The notes below the pieces were generated by a model, which was not told the origin of the DNA, made no database searches, and saw only the letters and a program-made list of their open reading frames with translations. 64,000 bases of DNA from Perkinsus chesapeaki ATCC PRA-425 (taxonomy: Eukaryota; Protista; Perkinsozoa). Shown here piece after piece: positions 12,401 to 24,794 of this stretch. Position 1 is the first letter of the stretch. The number at the start of each line of letters is the position of its first letter. Where the stretch lies: positions 97,157 through 161,156 of the forward strand of contig JAAPAO010000009.1 of NCBI GenBank assembly GCA_013115145.1, in the 5' to 3' direction. Position numbers and translations under genes: made by a program.

Positions 12401-12697
12401 AGGAGCGGAGCGATTACAACAGACAACTGCGACTGGTTACAGCGATAAGGTTACCGAGACACTCGCAAAGATGCTCCCACCAAAAGCGTGGGATAGACTG
12501 TGGGACCGTCAGATGATCATCTCCCTCCTTCCGTCCTCCTCCACTATTACCGTTCCCTTCAATAGTTTATCCCACTCTCCGGTGGCCATGGTCCTCGTAG
12601 CCTTGCCACCTTCCATAGGGCTGCGGTCAAACTCGTCCTCGCCATCGGAAGAGGACATGTCAGCATCCCAGAGGGCATCGACGCCGAACCGAGCCAT
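9492..12697 (-). CDS. Large multi-exon hypothetical protein
   Basis: Several coding-like exon ORFs (9492-9806, 9898-10143, 11152-11706, 12509-12697) flanked by GT/AG signals; no family recognised. Confidence 0.45.
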
Positions 12698-12786
12698 TGA
12701 ACAGTGATCCACTGACGAATGATTGGCCCCATTTTCGGAAAACTCAACGCTCCGCTGTGTTAAGTAACTCCAGGTCGCCCCCCCCT

Positions 12787-13223
12787 TCACTTGGCGGGCT
12801 CAATCCGGTTCACTCCGCCCTGAGCCAGCTCCTTACGGCACATATCCGTAAGACCCTAAAAGGTCACAATTCTCGCGCGCCAAGAAACTACTATTACCTT
12901 TGTAAACATATCGGGCAGATGGATGTACCGTACCACACTTCCCCTGATAAAGCAGTTCCGCAATGACAGCAGATGAGGGTACTAAAAGGCGAAGGGTACC
13001 ACCACAGTGGCTACCGTCCTCGTACCTGTTCGGGGTTGTTTATCGTGATATTCGTCAGCTTCACGTTGAAGTACTGATCCACCGCCTGCAGAGTGCCTGC
13101 CGAGGTCCTTCCTAACGCAAAGAGGGTATTACTAGTACCGGTGATTTGGATGTCATTTTTCATCTCCACTGTCACCTGGGCACCGTTGTCCACCAAGCTT
13201 TGGAAGAAGTCGAAGAACAACAT
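12787..13223 (-). CDS. LSM2: U6 snRNA-associated Sm-like protein LSm2
   Basis: MLFFDFFQSLV..VTVEMKNDIQITGTLQAVDQYFNVKL...YPHLLSLRNCFIRGSVVRYIHLP; 4 exons in phase. Confidence 0.92.
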
Positions 13224-14200
13224 CGCGCCCAACACCAATAGCTGTACTTAATTAGATCACTGTGAGAACTCAATATCTTATATGTAAGCAAACAGAGCGT
13301 AGAAGGGGTCCGGATGGCGCCCCAATCTACACCATGAAGATAACGGAACCGGTAGGCAAGCATAAAAGGCCGCGCTGTCCTCTCGACGCAATAAATCATT
13401 ATATTGGCGGCCTAGAGCGAGCGAGAGATACAGAGGGCTGCTATAGATATACAGGAAAGTAACAAACAGAATGCTAAGCCGCCACCATCATCATCAGCGA
13501 TGATGGTAGTTGGCCCGCTGCCATATCGTCACCGGTTGCCTCTGGGCACTGAGAGCCATGAAGCCGTGGTAGGCTAACTACCTTACCATCATACACTTTG
13601 CTATCATTATATATGAACAACTTCAGGGGGGGCATGTGGCCCTTTGATACAAAGCGAAAATGACCATCCAAACCACACCGCCGGGACGGCAGGTTACCAG
13701 AAAATGGCACAAAACTAGTATTAAGCTCAATAATATTGTTTTCTCCTCCTTTTTCTCTCCGTAGGGTCCCCTATAAAACTGGCATGTTACAGAGTAGCAA
13801 GACGTCACGTCTTCCAAGAACGATAGCAGTAATATCAGCATCTCGAATGTCCCCAAAAGACAATGGGGGAGCAACCAATGGCAGCAGGAGTGTATAGCTT
13901 TTTTTATTATGAATTTCAATGGTAGTGACTATTAATGGTAGTATAGATGACAATAAATTATTGGACGCCAAAACCTGAAGGCGATGGGGCACCAGGGGAA
14001 AGCGAAACCACCTAAAATCAAACTGCCTCCACCACCACCAACAACCACCACCCAACTCGTCACCTCAAGTGTTTCAAAATGCTGGGACCGCTGCGATGGC
14101 CGGCACCGAAGCGGCATCTTCCCCTGATTCCATCAGTAAAGTGATAGGACTTTGACCGACCTCAACGGCGCTATTCAGGTTACAAAATATTACGGATCCA

Positions 14201-15303
14201 CTACCTAACCCAGTATCGCCTCCAACTCAGACTACCTTGCCCTTCTATTACCCGCCGAAGATTCCCTTCTAAAATAAACTCCCTTTTTATCAACTGAAGG
14301 ACCACAGGTGACCTCCACCTCGTCCTGACGTCCACATTGAATTTTTTGTTTTTTATGTGGTGGTTCTGAAATTTCTTCATCCTCTGCCTCGGTGACAACT
14401 TCGTCGCTAGAGGTGTCAGAAATAATGTCATCATACGGTATAGAGATAGTAGCATAATTTTTTGTTGGGGTGACTTCACCGATCTTCGCAGCATCAAGCA
14501 AATCTTCATCACAGCAGCAGCAGCCGTTAGTGTACACTGGAGCTTCAGCGGCCTCGCCCTCAGCCAGGCCAACTGATTCCTTCCTTGCTTCAGCCTCAGG
14601 TACTGAGCATGCCAACGCGGCAGCAGTAGCAGCCCTCTCCTTGGTAACAAACGACGGCTCTTCAAAACCCTTACTGGCAATTTTCAGACCAAGGCCGAGA
14701 CTTTGTGCCTGAACGGCGGAGCGAAGCAGTTCACGAATTACGTTTTTCCTATGGCAACGGTAAGACCTTGCGATTTAAGAGCTCCAAAAGAGGCTCCTGT
14801 TGCTTATTAAGGTGAGCCCTGCCTTCCTCTGTCTGCATCATGCCCAGAAGTGTCGAGCCACATGTTGGTCCGACCTCTGGCAGTGGCTTTAGGCAGCAGC
14901 TGACTCCATCCGGGCCCAGCTTCGATGACACATCGCAAAACTTATTGAGAACATGAGAAGTAGTAGTAGAAGCGAAGGTGCAGACCATGAAGGAGTGAAA
15001 TAATGATTGCTATAAGGGATCCCATACCGATAATGCTAACGCGACTTCTATAACGGGACAGTTGTTGACAAAAGCATGGTTCATGATGCCGGTGGTGATT
15101 AAACATGATTGGTAAATTGGTTTAGGGGCTCTACGAGGCCTCAAGGGCACCATCGTCCTCTCGACGATGGATGCCATGACCGGCCACCTTGGGTCGGTAG
15201 AAAGTAGCCTTCATAGTGCCTCTAGCATTTCCACCAGGCGCACCTGATAGGTCTTGGTGAAGCTCAGATCAGAGGGCACAGGTTCGGCCCTCAGGCCAAG
15301 CAT
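14201..15303 (-). CDS. Hypothetical protein with acidic region and KKQK basic patch
   Basis: Exon-like ORFs 14232-14615 and 14749-14988 with splice signals; ends approximate. Confidence 0.35.
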
Positions 15304-15639
15304 TTTGACGGAAATGCTTCACTACCAGCGGAAAGATTCTTCTTAGGTCGAGGTTCCCTCTCCTTCTCAACTGTCCATCCGATCTCCATTGCTGAAGTCA
15401 CCGGACCTCCCGCGAAGCGCTGAGCGCGAAATATTCACTGATGCCAAAAATGCCAACACGCAACGCGCCAGAACCCGTTCTGAATTCAAACGAGTACATC
15501 ACAGACGTTCTATGATGCTTAATGATTAGTACTACAGGAAGTACCGAATGACCACTATTAATAATGTCATGAAAGTTGACAAGATATTATCTAGTAATCG
15601 ATAATAATATTACATGTACTAAGACGCTTAATGCCGATT

Positions 15640-16761
15640 GCCATGTTATACCATACGTTACGATGTCCATCGCTACCTGCTGTGGTTCCGTGAGCTTCCG
15701 ATACTGGAGGTAGCCTCGTCTCCCCTCCTCCACTCGGCTGACACCGTGCACCAGGAGCTCCTCGGCTATGCGATCTGCAGCACCATTTTCAGGGAAATCA
15801 TTCGAGGGGACTCAGCCGGCCTACGCGGAGATTCTGTCTCAATTAACTCAGGACGGGGAACTTTTTTGGAAGAGAATTCGCAGTAGGGCGACGGAGAGAG
15901 ACCAAACCTCTGTAGAAAGAGATTGAACAGGCCAGCTGAGGCCAAACCAACCTGCTCTAGGAACCTCGTCGACGAGCTCTTCGGCGGAGGGTTAGGCTCC
16001 TGAACGGCACCAATACTCACCGACCAAGCGATGCCTGCACCCACTGTAGGATCTGGCCTTTCGGTTGCACCAGGATCTAGCTTAGCCAAATACTTAGCCT
16101 TGCACGGATCAGCATTGAGACCAATCCACATAGTGGACCCACGGCCTGCGGAGGGCTTATAAGCACTGAGGGGTTACTAATCAGGAGCTCACCGTCGAAC
16201 TTATAACGAGATTCAATTTTTTGTCCACTTTTCTTGTACTCATCAAACGCCTGAAAATATTCACTCCAGCGCCTCCGACCTGGTCCGACCGACCATGTCG
16301 AAATTTCAAGTGCGTGATCCAAGGCCCCAAATAAGATCAAGAACTCTTCGGCAAAGTCACCAGTGGTACATCCACAAGTGGAAACCGATAACAACGTATT
16401 TGGACAGCGACTGGCGCCCTCCAAGCCAGACTCATTCTCGCCGGCGCGCCCCTCAGCGAACTCGAGCAAATGCCCTCTAACATATACTCAAGAGTGTGGT
16501 CCAAAGACAGGAAATATTTGCGTGCATTCCGAGCCAAACGGCTACATAACCGACGGCGGCGGTGGTGGAACACAACGGACAACTGGCTTGAACCGTTCGT
16601 TGAGCCAGGGCGCTTTTCAGTACGAAGAGCTCCCTTGGAAGAACAGCAGCACGAGCATAGCGTAAAGTTACATGTTGGATCCACTTCCGTTGTTGAGCTC
16701 TCTCCTTGTCAAATATCTCCTGCCACGCCTTCATCTCATTCATGGTCTTCCCAGCCGACAT
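15640..16761 (-). CDS. One or two hypothetical spliced genes
   Basis: In-phase join ...SRYKFDG|RGSTMWIGLNADPCKAKYL...; first exon MSAGKTMNEMKAWQEIFDKERAQQRKW; boundaries uncertain. Confidence 0.3.
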
Positions 16762-17681
16762 GTGGTTCTCCTAGGGAAGCTGTAAATATCTACACGACTC
16801 TACTTATCGACTAACTTATCATTGTTCAACTCATACAGTGTACATTGGTACAGAGACGGATGCTATATGATTTCCTAGTACAGTCGGAGACTAATACTGC
16901 GCCATTCCTGATAGTGGCAGGACACCAGGCTCTATCAGCGAACAAGTAGTCTCTGGCAAGCAGCCCAAAGGGCTATCTCAGTTATAAACAGAGGAGATCT
17001 ACCGCAATGGGTAGAGGCGACTACTTGGGGCTTACTACACTGATGGGCTGGGACTCTGACTACATCAAGACACCTAAGGGGGAGGAGGACAGCAACTACC
17101 TTCAACAAGGAACTGAAATAGTCTGCTGCTAGCAACCTTATAAAAGGTGGGCAAGAAAGTTAAGATTTATGCCAGACCACCGCTGGATGCGTTGAACTCC
17201 ACTGCGACGCAGCGGCCAGGGCAGGTAATTGGCAATGGTATAGGAGCCTGGCTACTGGTCGTCGTCAGTGGATGCTAAACATCATCACAACGACACTGAA
17301 CATAAACACGTAAAGCACTGCGTAGTTGATCACCAGCGACGTACACTGGTACACCTTTAAGGACCAAGAAGGGATATCAGTACAGACGACAGGAGGCACG
17401 ACTTGGGCTCTAGTCAACTTCATTTGACCAGCGGACATGGGCACCGTTGGAGGACTTCTCTTATGGTAAGCTCGGCACGCCCAACAGTGTCCGTCCTCCA
17501 CTGTATCGAACGAGTTGTTGACTGACCGCACACCAATCGTGCTTGAGGAACACTAACCTGTTTACCGATATAAGGGGATAGCGCAGCTAAAAGCCAGCAT
17601 ACAGTATGCTGGCAAATGCCGCGAAAGTGATAGGAATAAAAACCTATAAATGGACTCAAAAAAGAAGTACGACAGCTACTC

Positions 17682-19094
17682 CTATGACGAGAGTAGCGCG
17701 CACTCCTCAGGCGCTGCCGGCGGGTCAACAGTCTTATAGAGAGTTAACGCCGATCCGAGCAACGCCACGAGCATGAGGAATATCAACGAGAGACTCCTCA
17801 GTGTAGCCCGCTTTGAGCCAAAGTTCCCTTCAGCCTTGGCCAACTCTTTATCCTCGTAACTGCGAGCAGTTAAGTACCTCAACCTCATATAAAAGAGAGG
17901 GGGGAAGATGAGATGGACCAATGTATAGGTGACGGCTGATAAGTAATCAACCAGCAGTGAAAAATTAGGTACCGTAATCGCAATGACTGCGGTAATTACA
18001 ACTAGTAGGCTACGAAGACTGCAGGTGGCGATCAAAGTGGGCCACTTTCCCCACTTCTCCGCTCTCGGCGAGCCGTCTTCCAACCCGGCAAGGACCTCGA
18101 TGGCCCTGCAGGATGGATGTAGCAAAACAGCATAGTGCGTAGCGCACAATACAACGATGCTTACAAAAGATATGTAACCCCACACATCCTTCTTCATAGC
18201 ATCCAAGACGTTATCATAGCATAGGAGGCTTTGGCCCCAGCCAAGATAGGCAGCACAGGTCACAATTGCGTAAACAACGACAAGCGTAGCGAAAGCAAAA
18301 AAGAAAACCTTGGGAGCATGTGTTGGATTGCGCATATCGTGGACCACAGTGGTCGTGCCGCAAGTTACTGAATAAGAGAAAGAAAACGTGGTGTAAGCCG
18401 CAATAATGGTAAGAGGTTGCGGCACACCGATTTCGTAATCTACATCACCATCGTTCTTGGCAGCCTGGACGAAACCGGCCACAGAAAGACCGACAACAGA
18501 TACGATAATCGAAGCTACACCGATGGTGCTCGAAACGTATCCGATCTCACGCATGGTCTTCAGCCAGTTGACCGGCAGCAGGATGATAGTCCAAATGATA
18601 ACCCACATGGTGACAGAAATACCGTCGTAGATGTGATAGGAGTTTTGGCCTAGTAGGAGGATGAGGACACAGGAGGTACCGATGAGGGAGATGTGAAGGC
18701 AAACAGCGACGATAGCCTTTCCGACTTTGCCGAATGCAGCTTCGCCAACTTCCTCGTACGCAGGTACATACTCCATCCCCAAATGCAAGGCCATAACCCT
18801 ACATCTGTATAGAAGGTAAACCATTAACCAGCCAACCGCAGCGCATACGAGCAGGAGAATGATGCCTGGCAGGTATCCCACACTGGCGGTGGCTTTGGAC
18901 AGTGCCAACATACCGACGCCAACAGCAGTCATAACGACATTGAAGATGGCGGTGAAGTCGGGGGTGCCGTCGGCCTTCCCCTCGTTCTTCCCCACCACTT
19001 CTCCGTCAGAATACTCAGAGCATGACGAGAGGTCAAACTCTTTAGTGCTACTGCTGGTAGAGTCGTTATAGGATTTGCTGGATGAACTTGACAT
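17682..19094 (-). CDS. AAAP amino-acid transporter, intronless paralog of 6397..7938
   Basis: Single ORF colinear with the first copy (GTPDFTA.FNVVMTAVGVG.LAL.KA, PVNWLKTMREIGY, HYAVLLHPSCRAIE). Confidence 0.9.
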   Translation of the reverse strand: MSSSSSKSYNDSTSSSTKEFDLSSCSEYSDGEVVGKNEGKADGTPDFTAIFNVVMTAVGVGMLALSKATASVGYLPGIILLLVCAAVGWLMVYLLYRCRVMALHLGMEYVPAYEEVGEAAFGKVGKAIVAVCLHISLIGTSCVLILLLGQNSYHIYDGISVTMWVIIWTIILLPVNWLKTMREIGYVSSTIGVASIIVSVVGLSVAGFVQAAKNDGDVDYEIGVPQPLTIIAAYTTFSFSYSVTCGTTTVVHDMRNPTHAPKVFFFAFATLVVVYAIVTCAAYLGWGQSLLCYDNVLDAMKKDVWGYISFVSIVVLCATHYAVLLHPSCRAIEVLAGLEDGSPRAEKWGKWPTLIATCSLRSLLVVITAVIAITVPNFSLLVDYLSAVTYTLVHLIFPPLFYMRLRYLTARSYEDKELAKAEGNFGSKRATLRSLSLIFLMLVALLGSALTLYKTVDPPAAPEECALLSS

Positions 19095-19241
19095 GATGAT
19101 GATGGCGATGTGGTAATTGCCGTTTACCGGCCGAGCTATCACCGATTTCGCATCGCTCCGCCGAAAAGAAAAAGCGCTCGCCTCGAAATTCGTCGCGGAT
19201 GCCGAAAGTTCGTACAGATCCTTATTGGCTTGAACGACAGA

Positions 19242-20482
19242 ATGAGCCTTTTAACGAGGACCTTCAACCGCTTCATCGGTTCGCCATCTGTGGCCAGCCG
19301 AGTGGCCCCAGCTTTGAATAAGCAGCAAAGCAGATGGTGAGTTTCATGGGGGAAAAGTTACCGGGGTCAACGTTTATTGACCTGGGTGGCGTATCTTGTC
19401 GAGGTCGAATGCAAGCAGGAATCGACCTCTATAAGAATCTTAAGATCAACCCTCGTAATTTCCATAGCATATCTCGGAATCTTTCCGTAGACACTTTTAA
19501 AGCTCGAGGATACTCGTTTTGTGTCATCGGAGCATCTTTGCTTCTCTCAGGTATCGCCATTGGCACCGTATGTCCGAGGACGACTGGGCCCTACCCTTGG
19601 ACTCCATGCCCGAAGACGTTAAGACCCTTATGTCCACCCCGCAGACCGACAGGGGCTTTGTAGAGGACTACTGGTCAGCTCCTCTTCTATGGGTCTCGTT
19701 AACTTGGTGTGTAGGTATAATAGGATTCGCGGCGAAGCTACCCTCCTCGACCCGGAGGCGTTGCCGTCCAAGAGCTACATTGACCTGGCCAGAGACATGG
19801 GCCTCCAGATCGTCGACGAGCCTTCAAGCCACATGATGGGCCTGATTGAGCTGTAACCGGTGTAGATATTCTCCCGAGGCCTATCGCGTTTCACAGATAC
19901 GAGTACCTGAGAGGCGCCTCTTTTGTTGGGCCATTTGGCACTATAGAGAACCCCGTACTTGTACCCGCTGTGGGACAGGAGCGTGTTGTGGCCTGTACTG
20001 GTGGCATCGGTGATGAGGAGCACTTCACGCTGTGGTTCAGATGCAGGTGGGCCCTTCGGGGCTTTATTATTATGATTATCATTTTGTCCGATTCTACTCT
20101 TGTGACCTCCTCCTCAGAGAAGGCTTCATGTACCGCTGCGGCGAATGTGATCAAATCTTCATGCTGGTTCGACTCTACTACGAGGATCGTTACTGGACTC
20201 AGACGCTTGTTAGGGACACCTTTATGTCGGTAAGTCCAGCGGTAGCCATGGGAAAACGCCATACCTGAACTATCAGGACGGAGATATGTTCGATCTGAAG
20301 ACTCTGGAAAGAGTCCATAAGATGTGGAACAAGGACGAGATGGTCAGGTGGGAGGTAAGGAAAATATTTAGCGGAGCGAAGCAGATATTTTCCCCTGAAA
20401 GGTTGGCTACTGGGCCCAGGATTACGTCCTTGGCAAGGGTGTCCTGCCTGGTATGGTGGAGGAGCACACTCGTGTGAACTAA
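19242..20482 (+). CDS. COX5B: Cytochrome c oxidase subunit 5b, myzozoan extended type
   Basis: Presequence [11 protein letters not shown]...; [26 protein letters not shown]...[19 protein letters not shown] zinc-site pattern. Confidence 0.85.
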
Positions 20483-20730
20483 AGCAGCAATTTGGATGCC
20501 ACCGCCGCCGCCGAAGTCTTGTTCTTTTTCCGATACAATTGTTATTATGGTACAGCGTTTGAGTGGAGGCTTCCCTTGCCTCCCTCCTTCGCCATATAGA
20601 CTTAATGGTGGTGACAGTATAGAGAGGATTGCGTAAAGCATGGTGACGGTTAGTTGGTAGTTTTTATATAGTTGTCGACTTGCGTTGATAGTAGTTGAGG
20701 GGGACAGCTGTCGCACAGAGATCAGTCTTG

Positions 20731-23700
20731 ATGGCCACAACGCCGATAGAGGAGGGCCAAAGTCAGCCTGCGTGGATACGCAGCGTCGATGAGGTCTGCT
20801 CCGTTCTAAGAGCAAAACCGGAAAATCTGTAGTACTGGCGGGGGTGGGGGAGAGGAGATGGACGGTTGTAAGGTATGATGATGATAAGTGCAGTGAAGTG
20901 TACAGGAGTGCAGCGACAGCCGCCCAGGAGTTCTACTCGATGCTGGCCAAAAGCGAGGAGGTTGGGGGTAGGGAGGGGGCGATGAGCATCGGGGCACGGT
21001 CATTTTAGGGGCCCTGGGTGACTTGGACGCCTTGGTTGTCGAGGGCCTGGATATGGACCAGATATGGCAGGAGATGGAGAACCAGCAGAAACCTCTGGAG
21101 AAAATTCTTAAGAAAAAAATGAAGTAGGTGGGCAGCGGTCGAGGGCAGGACCGTGTTGAGCACAGGTTCCTGGAGAAGTTGGCCGCTGGTGACGGGATTA
21201 AGCTGGTCGATGTGGAGGAGGAAGAGGCAGCGGCCAGTGATGCCAGGTAGTGGGGGAAGGGGGATGGGGGAAATGGCGAACGTTGTTAGTACCGAGGATG
21301 ATGAAGAGGATGTTGATATGGCGAGCGAGACCAGCTCGGCTTTGGCGTCGGATAAAGAAGAGGAGGAAGGGGAGGAGGAGAACGAGGAGAGGAATAGCAA
21401 GGGTAGTGATGGGCGAGGGGACTTGCCAATAGCCACTTGAGGGTTGACATGGAGCGGGCCGAGCCATATTCATCAACTGCTGTTAGGAAACAATGCTGTA
21501 TACAGTCAAGTTGGCTGCAGATTGCCGTCCTTATTCATCTTAACCTAATTAGTATCTTACGGTTTCACTTCGTTACTTATACGTGACGTATATGCACGTA
21601 TAATACGGACGTATAATACGTCCCACTGCGGGTGCATTTCTGTGCGGAGTGGTCGAGTGGTAAAATCCCTCTGTGCAGGGACCAAAACCTCAGCGGTGGA
21701 TGAGGGCTTCTTCAAGTTGTCGGACATGAAGGACTTCCTCGATATGGAGGATAAGAGAGATGCCGATAGGGCAGCTAAACATAAGGTAATTTAGTGGCGC
21801 GTGACTCTACAGCATTACCTGCCATGCAGAGCGAACATAAGGAGGGAGATGACGATGAGGATGATGATGAGGAGGAGTGGGGCGAAGACGACGAGTTCAT
21901 GGACTTGGAAAAGCCTATTGCCGATGATGGTAGAAAGAATCGTCGGGGCCGTGGAGTATCTTTACGCACTATGTAGATTCTGAGGAGGAAGATGTAGGCA
22001 AGGTTATGTACAGTGACTTCTTCGATGCCCCCGAAGAAGGCGATGCAGCGCCGCCGCCGGTTGGCAAGTAGGACCCGGGGCTCTGAGCGCTGGGAGGGGG
22101 AAACGATGGGGGTCTCAGGATACATGGGGATGAGTCAGAGTCGGAAGCCTCCACTGGTGATGATGATGACGATGAAGAGGCAGGCCTTGGGCTACCGGAG
22201 GGAGAGAATATCGATGACGCGGAAGAGGCAGAGCTGGAAAGAAGGTTGAAGGAAATGCAAGGGGAGCTAAGCGATGAGGAAGAAGAAGAGGAGGAGGACG
22301 GTAGCAAGGGCAGGTGGATTTCAGCATGTCGTTGTCGCGCCGCTGTCACAGCTGAATTACTGAGCAAATAGAATTGCATCGAATTTCAGATGCTGAGCCA
22401 CAAAAGGGGGAAGCATCACTTGCCGCTCCTGTCGTAGAGGACTCTAAGCGATCTGAGACGTCAGCGTTGAAGAGGAAGATAGCAGACATGGAAAAGGAGA
22501 TAGAAGAGATGGAGCACGAGCAGCTGGATGTAGGGCTGGGAACCACAGGAGATTGAGTGTTGTTGTACAGGAGAAGCACTGGACAATGACAGGAGAAGCC
22601 ACTGCCAGAAGCCGACCGCTGAACTCCCTTCTGGAGCAGAACTTGGATCTGCCATTCTCGAAGCTGGCGGCGCGTAGGGCGGAGAAGCAATGGGAAGAGG
22701 GAGGTAGGCGCCTGGGCTGAACTGGCTCGACTGGTTTCGGTCTCGCACTGTGATCGAGCGGCATTGGAAAAAGCTTGTGACCTTTTAGACGAAGATGAAG
22801 ATGAGTTGACTAAGTCTGCCCCTGGAGCCTTCAAGATCGACATCGACGCTATAATAAAGCAGAGAGTTGCTGATGAGCTTTTCGACGATGTCATTAAGCG
22901 CAGCGAAGAGGAGGTAGGCAACAACCAAGAAGGGCAGCCCAGAAGGAATATATTTTATGCTTCTTCTTGGTCGAGGAACATTTCCCCTCGCAAAATTCCC
23001 GTTGCGTTTCCTTTGCATAAGGAGCACTTTTCGATCTCGGCGTAACACATTCCTGTGAGTCTAGATGACTTCATGAGGATGACGTCGACTCGGTGGTGGT
23101 GGTAGTGAGGTTGTCATGGATGTAGGTCCTCCGGCTGAAGGACAGTCAGCAGGCCGACGACTCGGTAGAAACCTTGAATTTCCAGAAGTCCCGATTGGGC
23201 TTGGCGGACGTGTACGCGAAGCAATACGAGGCCGAGGTGAGATATGTTCCAACGCTCGATCTGTCCACCTGTGTGATGTTCAGATGCTCGGACAGCAGAC
23301 CGATGCGGAGCTCCAGCAGGACGCCGATAGAGTGGAGCTGAGGAAGCTCTTTGCCAAGTTGATGCACAAGTTGGATACGCTCACTAATCAGAACTTCACT
23401 CCTCGACCGGTAATTGGAGGAGCTTCGGTTTAGTCAGCGGGACTTCTATTATTAATGGCTTCAGTGTCACCTGGACATGCGTATATGTTTTTGATAATAA
23501 TTAAGAATTTGCCGTGCGCCGCTGAGAAGTGCATCTTTTGGTGTAACTGGTATGCGTACGAATAGGTTGCTGGAATGAAGTGTGTACATCAATAACAACT
23601 ACCTTCGCAATAGGCTCACAAGTTCACAAAATCATACTCAGATCTTTGGCGAAAGGGAACCGTAGCTGTTTGGAGTTTGGCGCGTCTATCTTGGATAGCG

Positions 23701-24434
23701 TATTACTCTTATTATAAGATATTTCCTTCTGTTGAAGATGTGGTCTTCTTTGCACTAGGGACAATCAGCGCTACTTTCCTGTATTTAAAGTGAAGCCCGT
23801 TTTAGGTTCTGGACTCGGCCATTTCTAAGGCCGCCAAAGACGGCGATGCCCCGGCAATCCGAATGGAGGAAGCTGTACCTATTACAGTGGCTGCTGGTAG
23901 CACCGAGGGCAATGAGGTAAAGCTGAGGTCGAGAGATGCTTCGCTCCGCTAGAAACTGGTCCGTTTTTTAGGTTACCAAGGGCCCGGAGAAGCAGAAGGT
24001 TAGGGAGGAGATGACGAGCGAGGAGAAGGCAGCGGTTCGCGGCAACAGGAAGGCTAAGAGGAAGCAGAAGGCGAAGGAATCTCTAGAAAAGGGTAGAGGC
24101 GAGTGCGCATTACATTATTAATGACGCGGTGCAGGTAACGTAACCGTCGGCGATAGGAGAGCAAGAGAGGCTAAGTTGATTGAAAAGAACAAAAAGGAGA
24201 AGGCGGAGCGAAAGGCCAAGAAGGAGGGCCCGGCCAACGATAGGTGACCATTCCGCCGCCCAGCAGTAGCCCTTGCAATAGCGTGTGTTCAGAGCCCCCC
24301 GTAAGATCCGCACGACAGAGCTTATGGCCGCGGCTGCCGACTCGGCGGGAAGAGATGTCCGACGGTCAGAAGCCAAGCGAAAGGAGGGCCGCAGCGACGC
24401 CACAAGCGGTGGAAGCAAGAGAGTGAAGCTGTAG
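20731..24434 (+). CDS. MPP10: U3 snoRNP protein MPP10
   Basis: LVVEGLDMDQIWQEME, FFKLSDM, EKHWTMTGEATARSRPLNSLLE, KLDTLTNQNFTPRP, PAIRMEEAVP, C-terminal KRVKL*. Confidence 0.9.
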
Positions 24435-24794
24435 CTGCTGCTGCTGCTTTCCGACACGTAAAGATGCCTTCGTCGCATCGTCATTACCAACTTCTTAACG
24501 TACACGTTCCTGTTTCTATATCAAACCGCGCGACTTGCTTTCCCGAGGTGAGGGGGTGTCCCCTTTACTGTGTGCTGAAATTTCCGAATGGCGTGCTTCC
24601 TGATGCCATCAGCTATTGTAAAGGGGGACAGTTTTTGTGTGATCTGCATGCCCCATGGGTTCCCGAGCATGCAAGTAGCGCAAGGTGTGTGTTAGCTATG
24701 ACGGCAAGCAGCAGGATACTGAAAGAATGGAGCCGCGGATGGGGCCTTCATTTCGAGGATCTGAAATCGTCAGTTTAATTTTCCCAAATCGGCC

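Noticed and set aside
16684-16761. Exon MSAGKTMNEMKAWQEIFDKERAQQRKW resembles small ciliary microtubule inner proteins
   Set aside because: The similarity is too short, and downstream exons could not be assigned
19338-19550. Long first intron of COX5b as a possible snoRNA host
   Set aside because: No recognisable C/D or H/ACA boxes, only an 8-bp inverted repeat
20806-22924. Long Ser-rich minus-strand ORFs
   Set aside because: Antisense shadows of the acidic GAR/GAY-rich MPP10 exons
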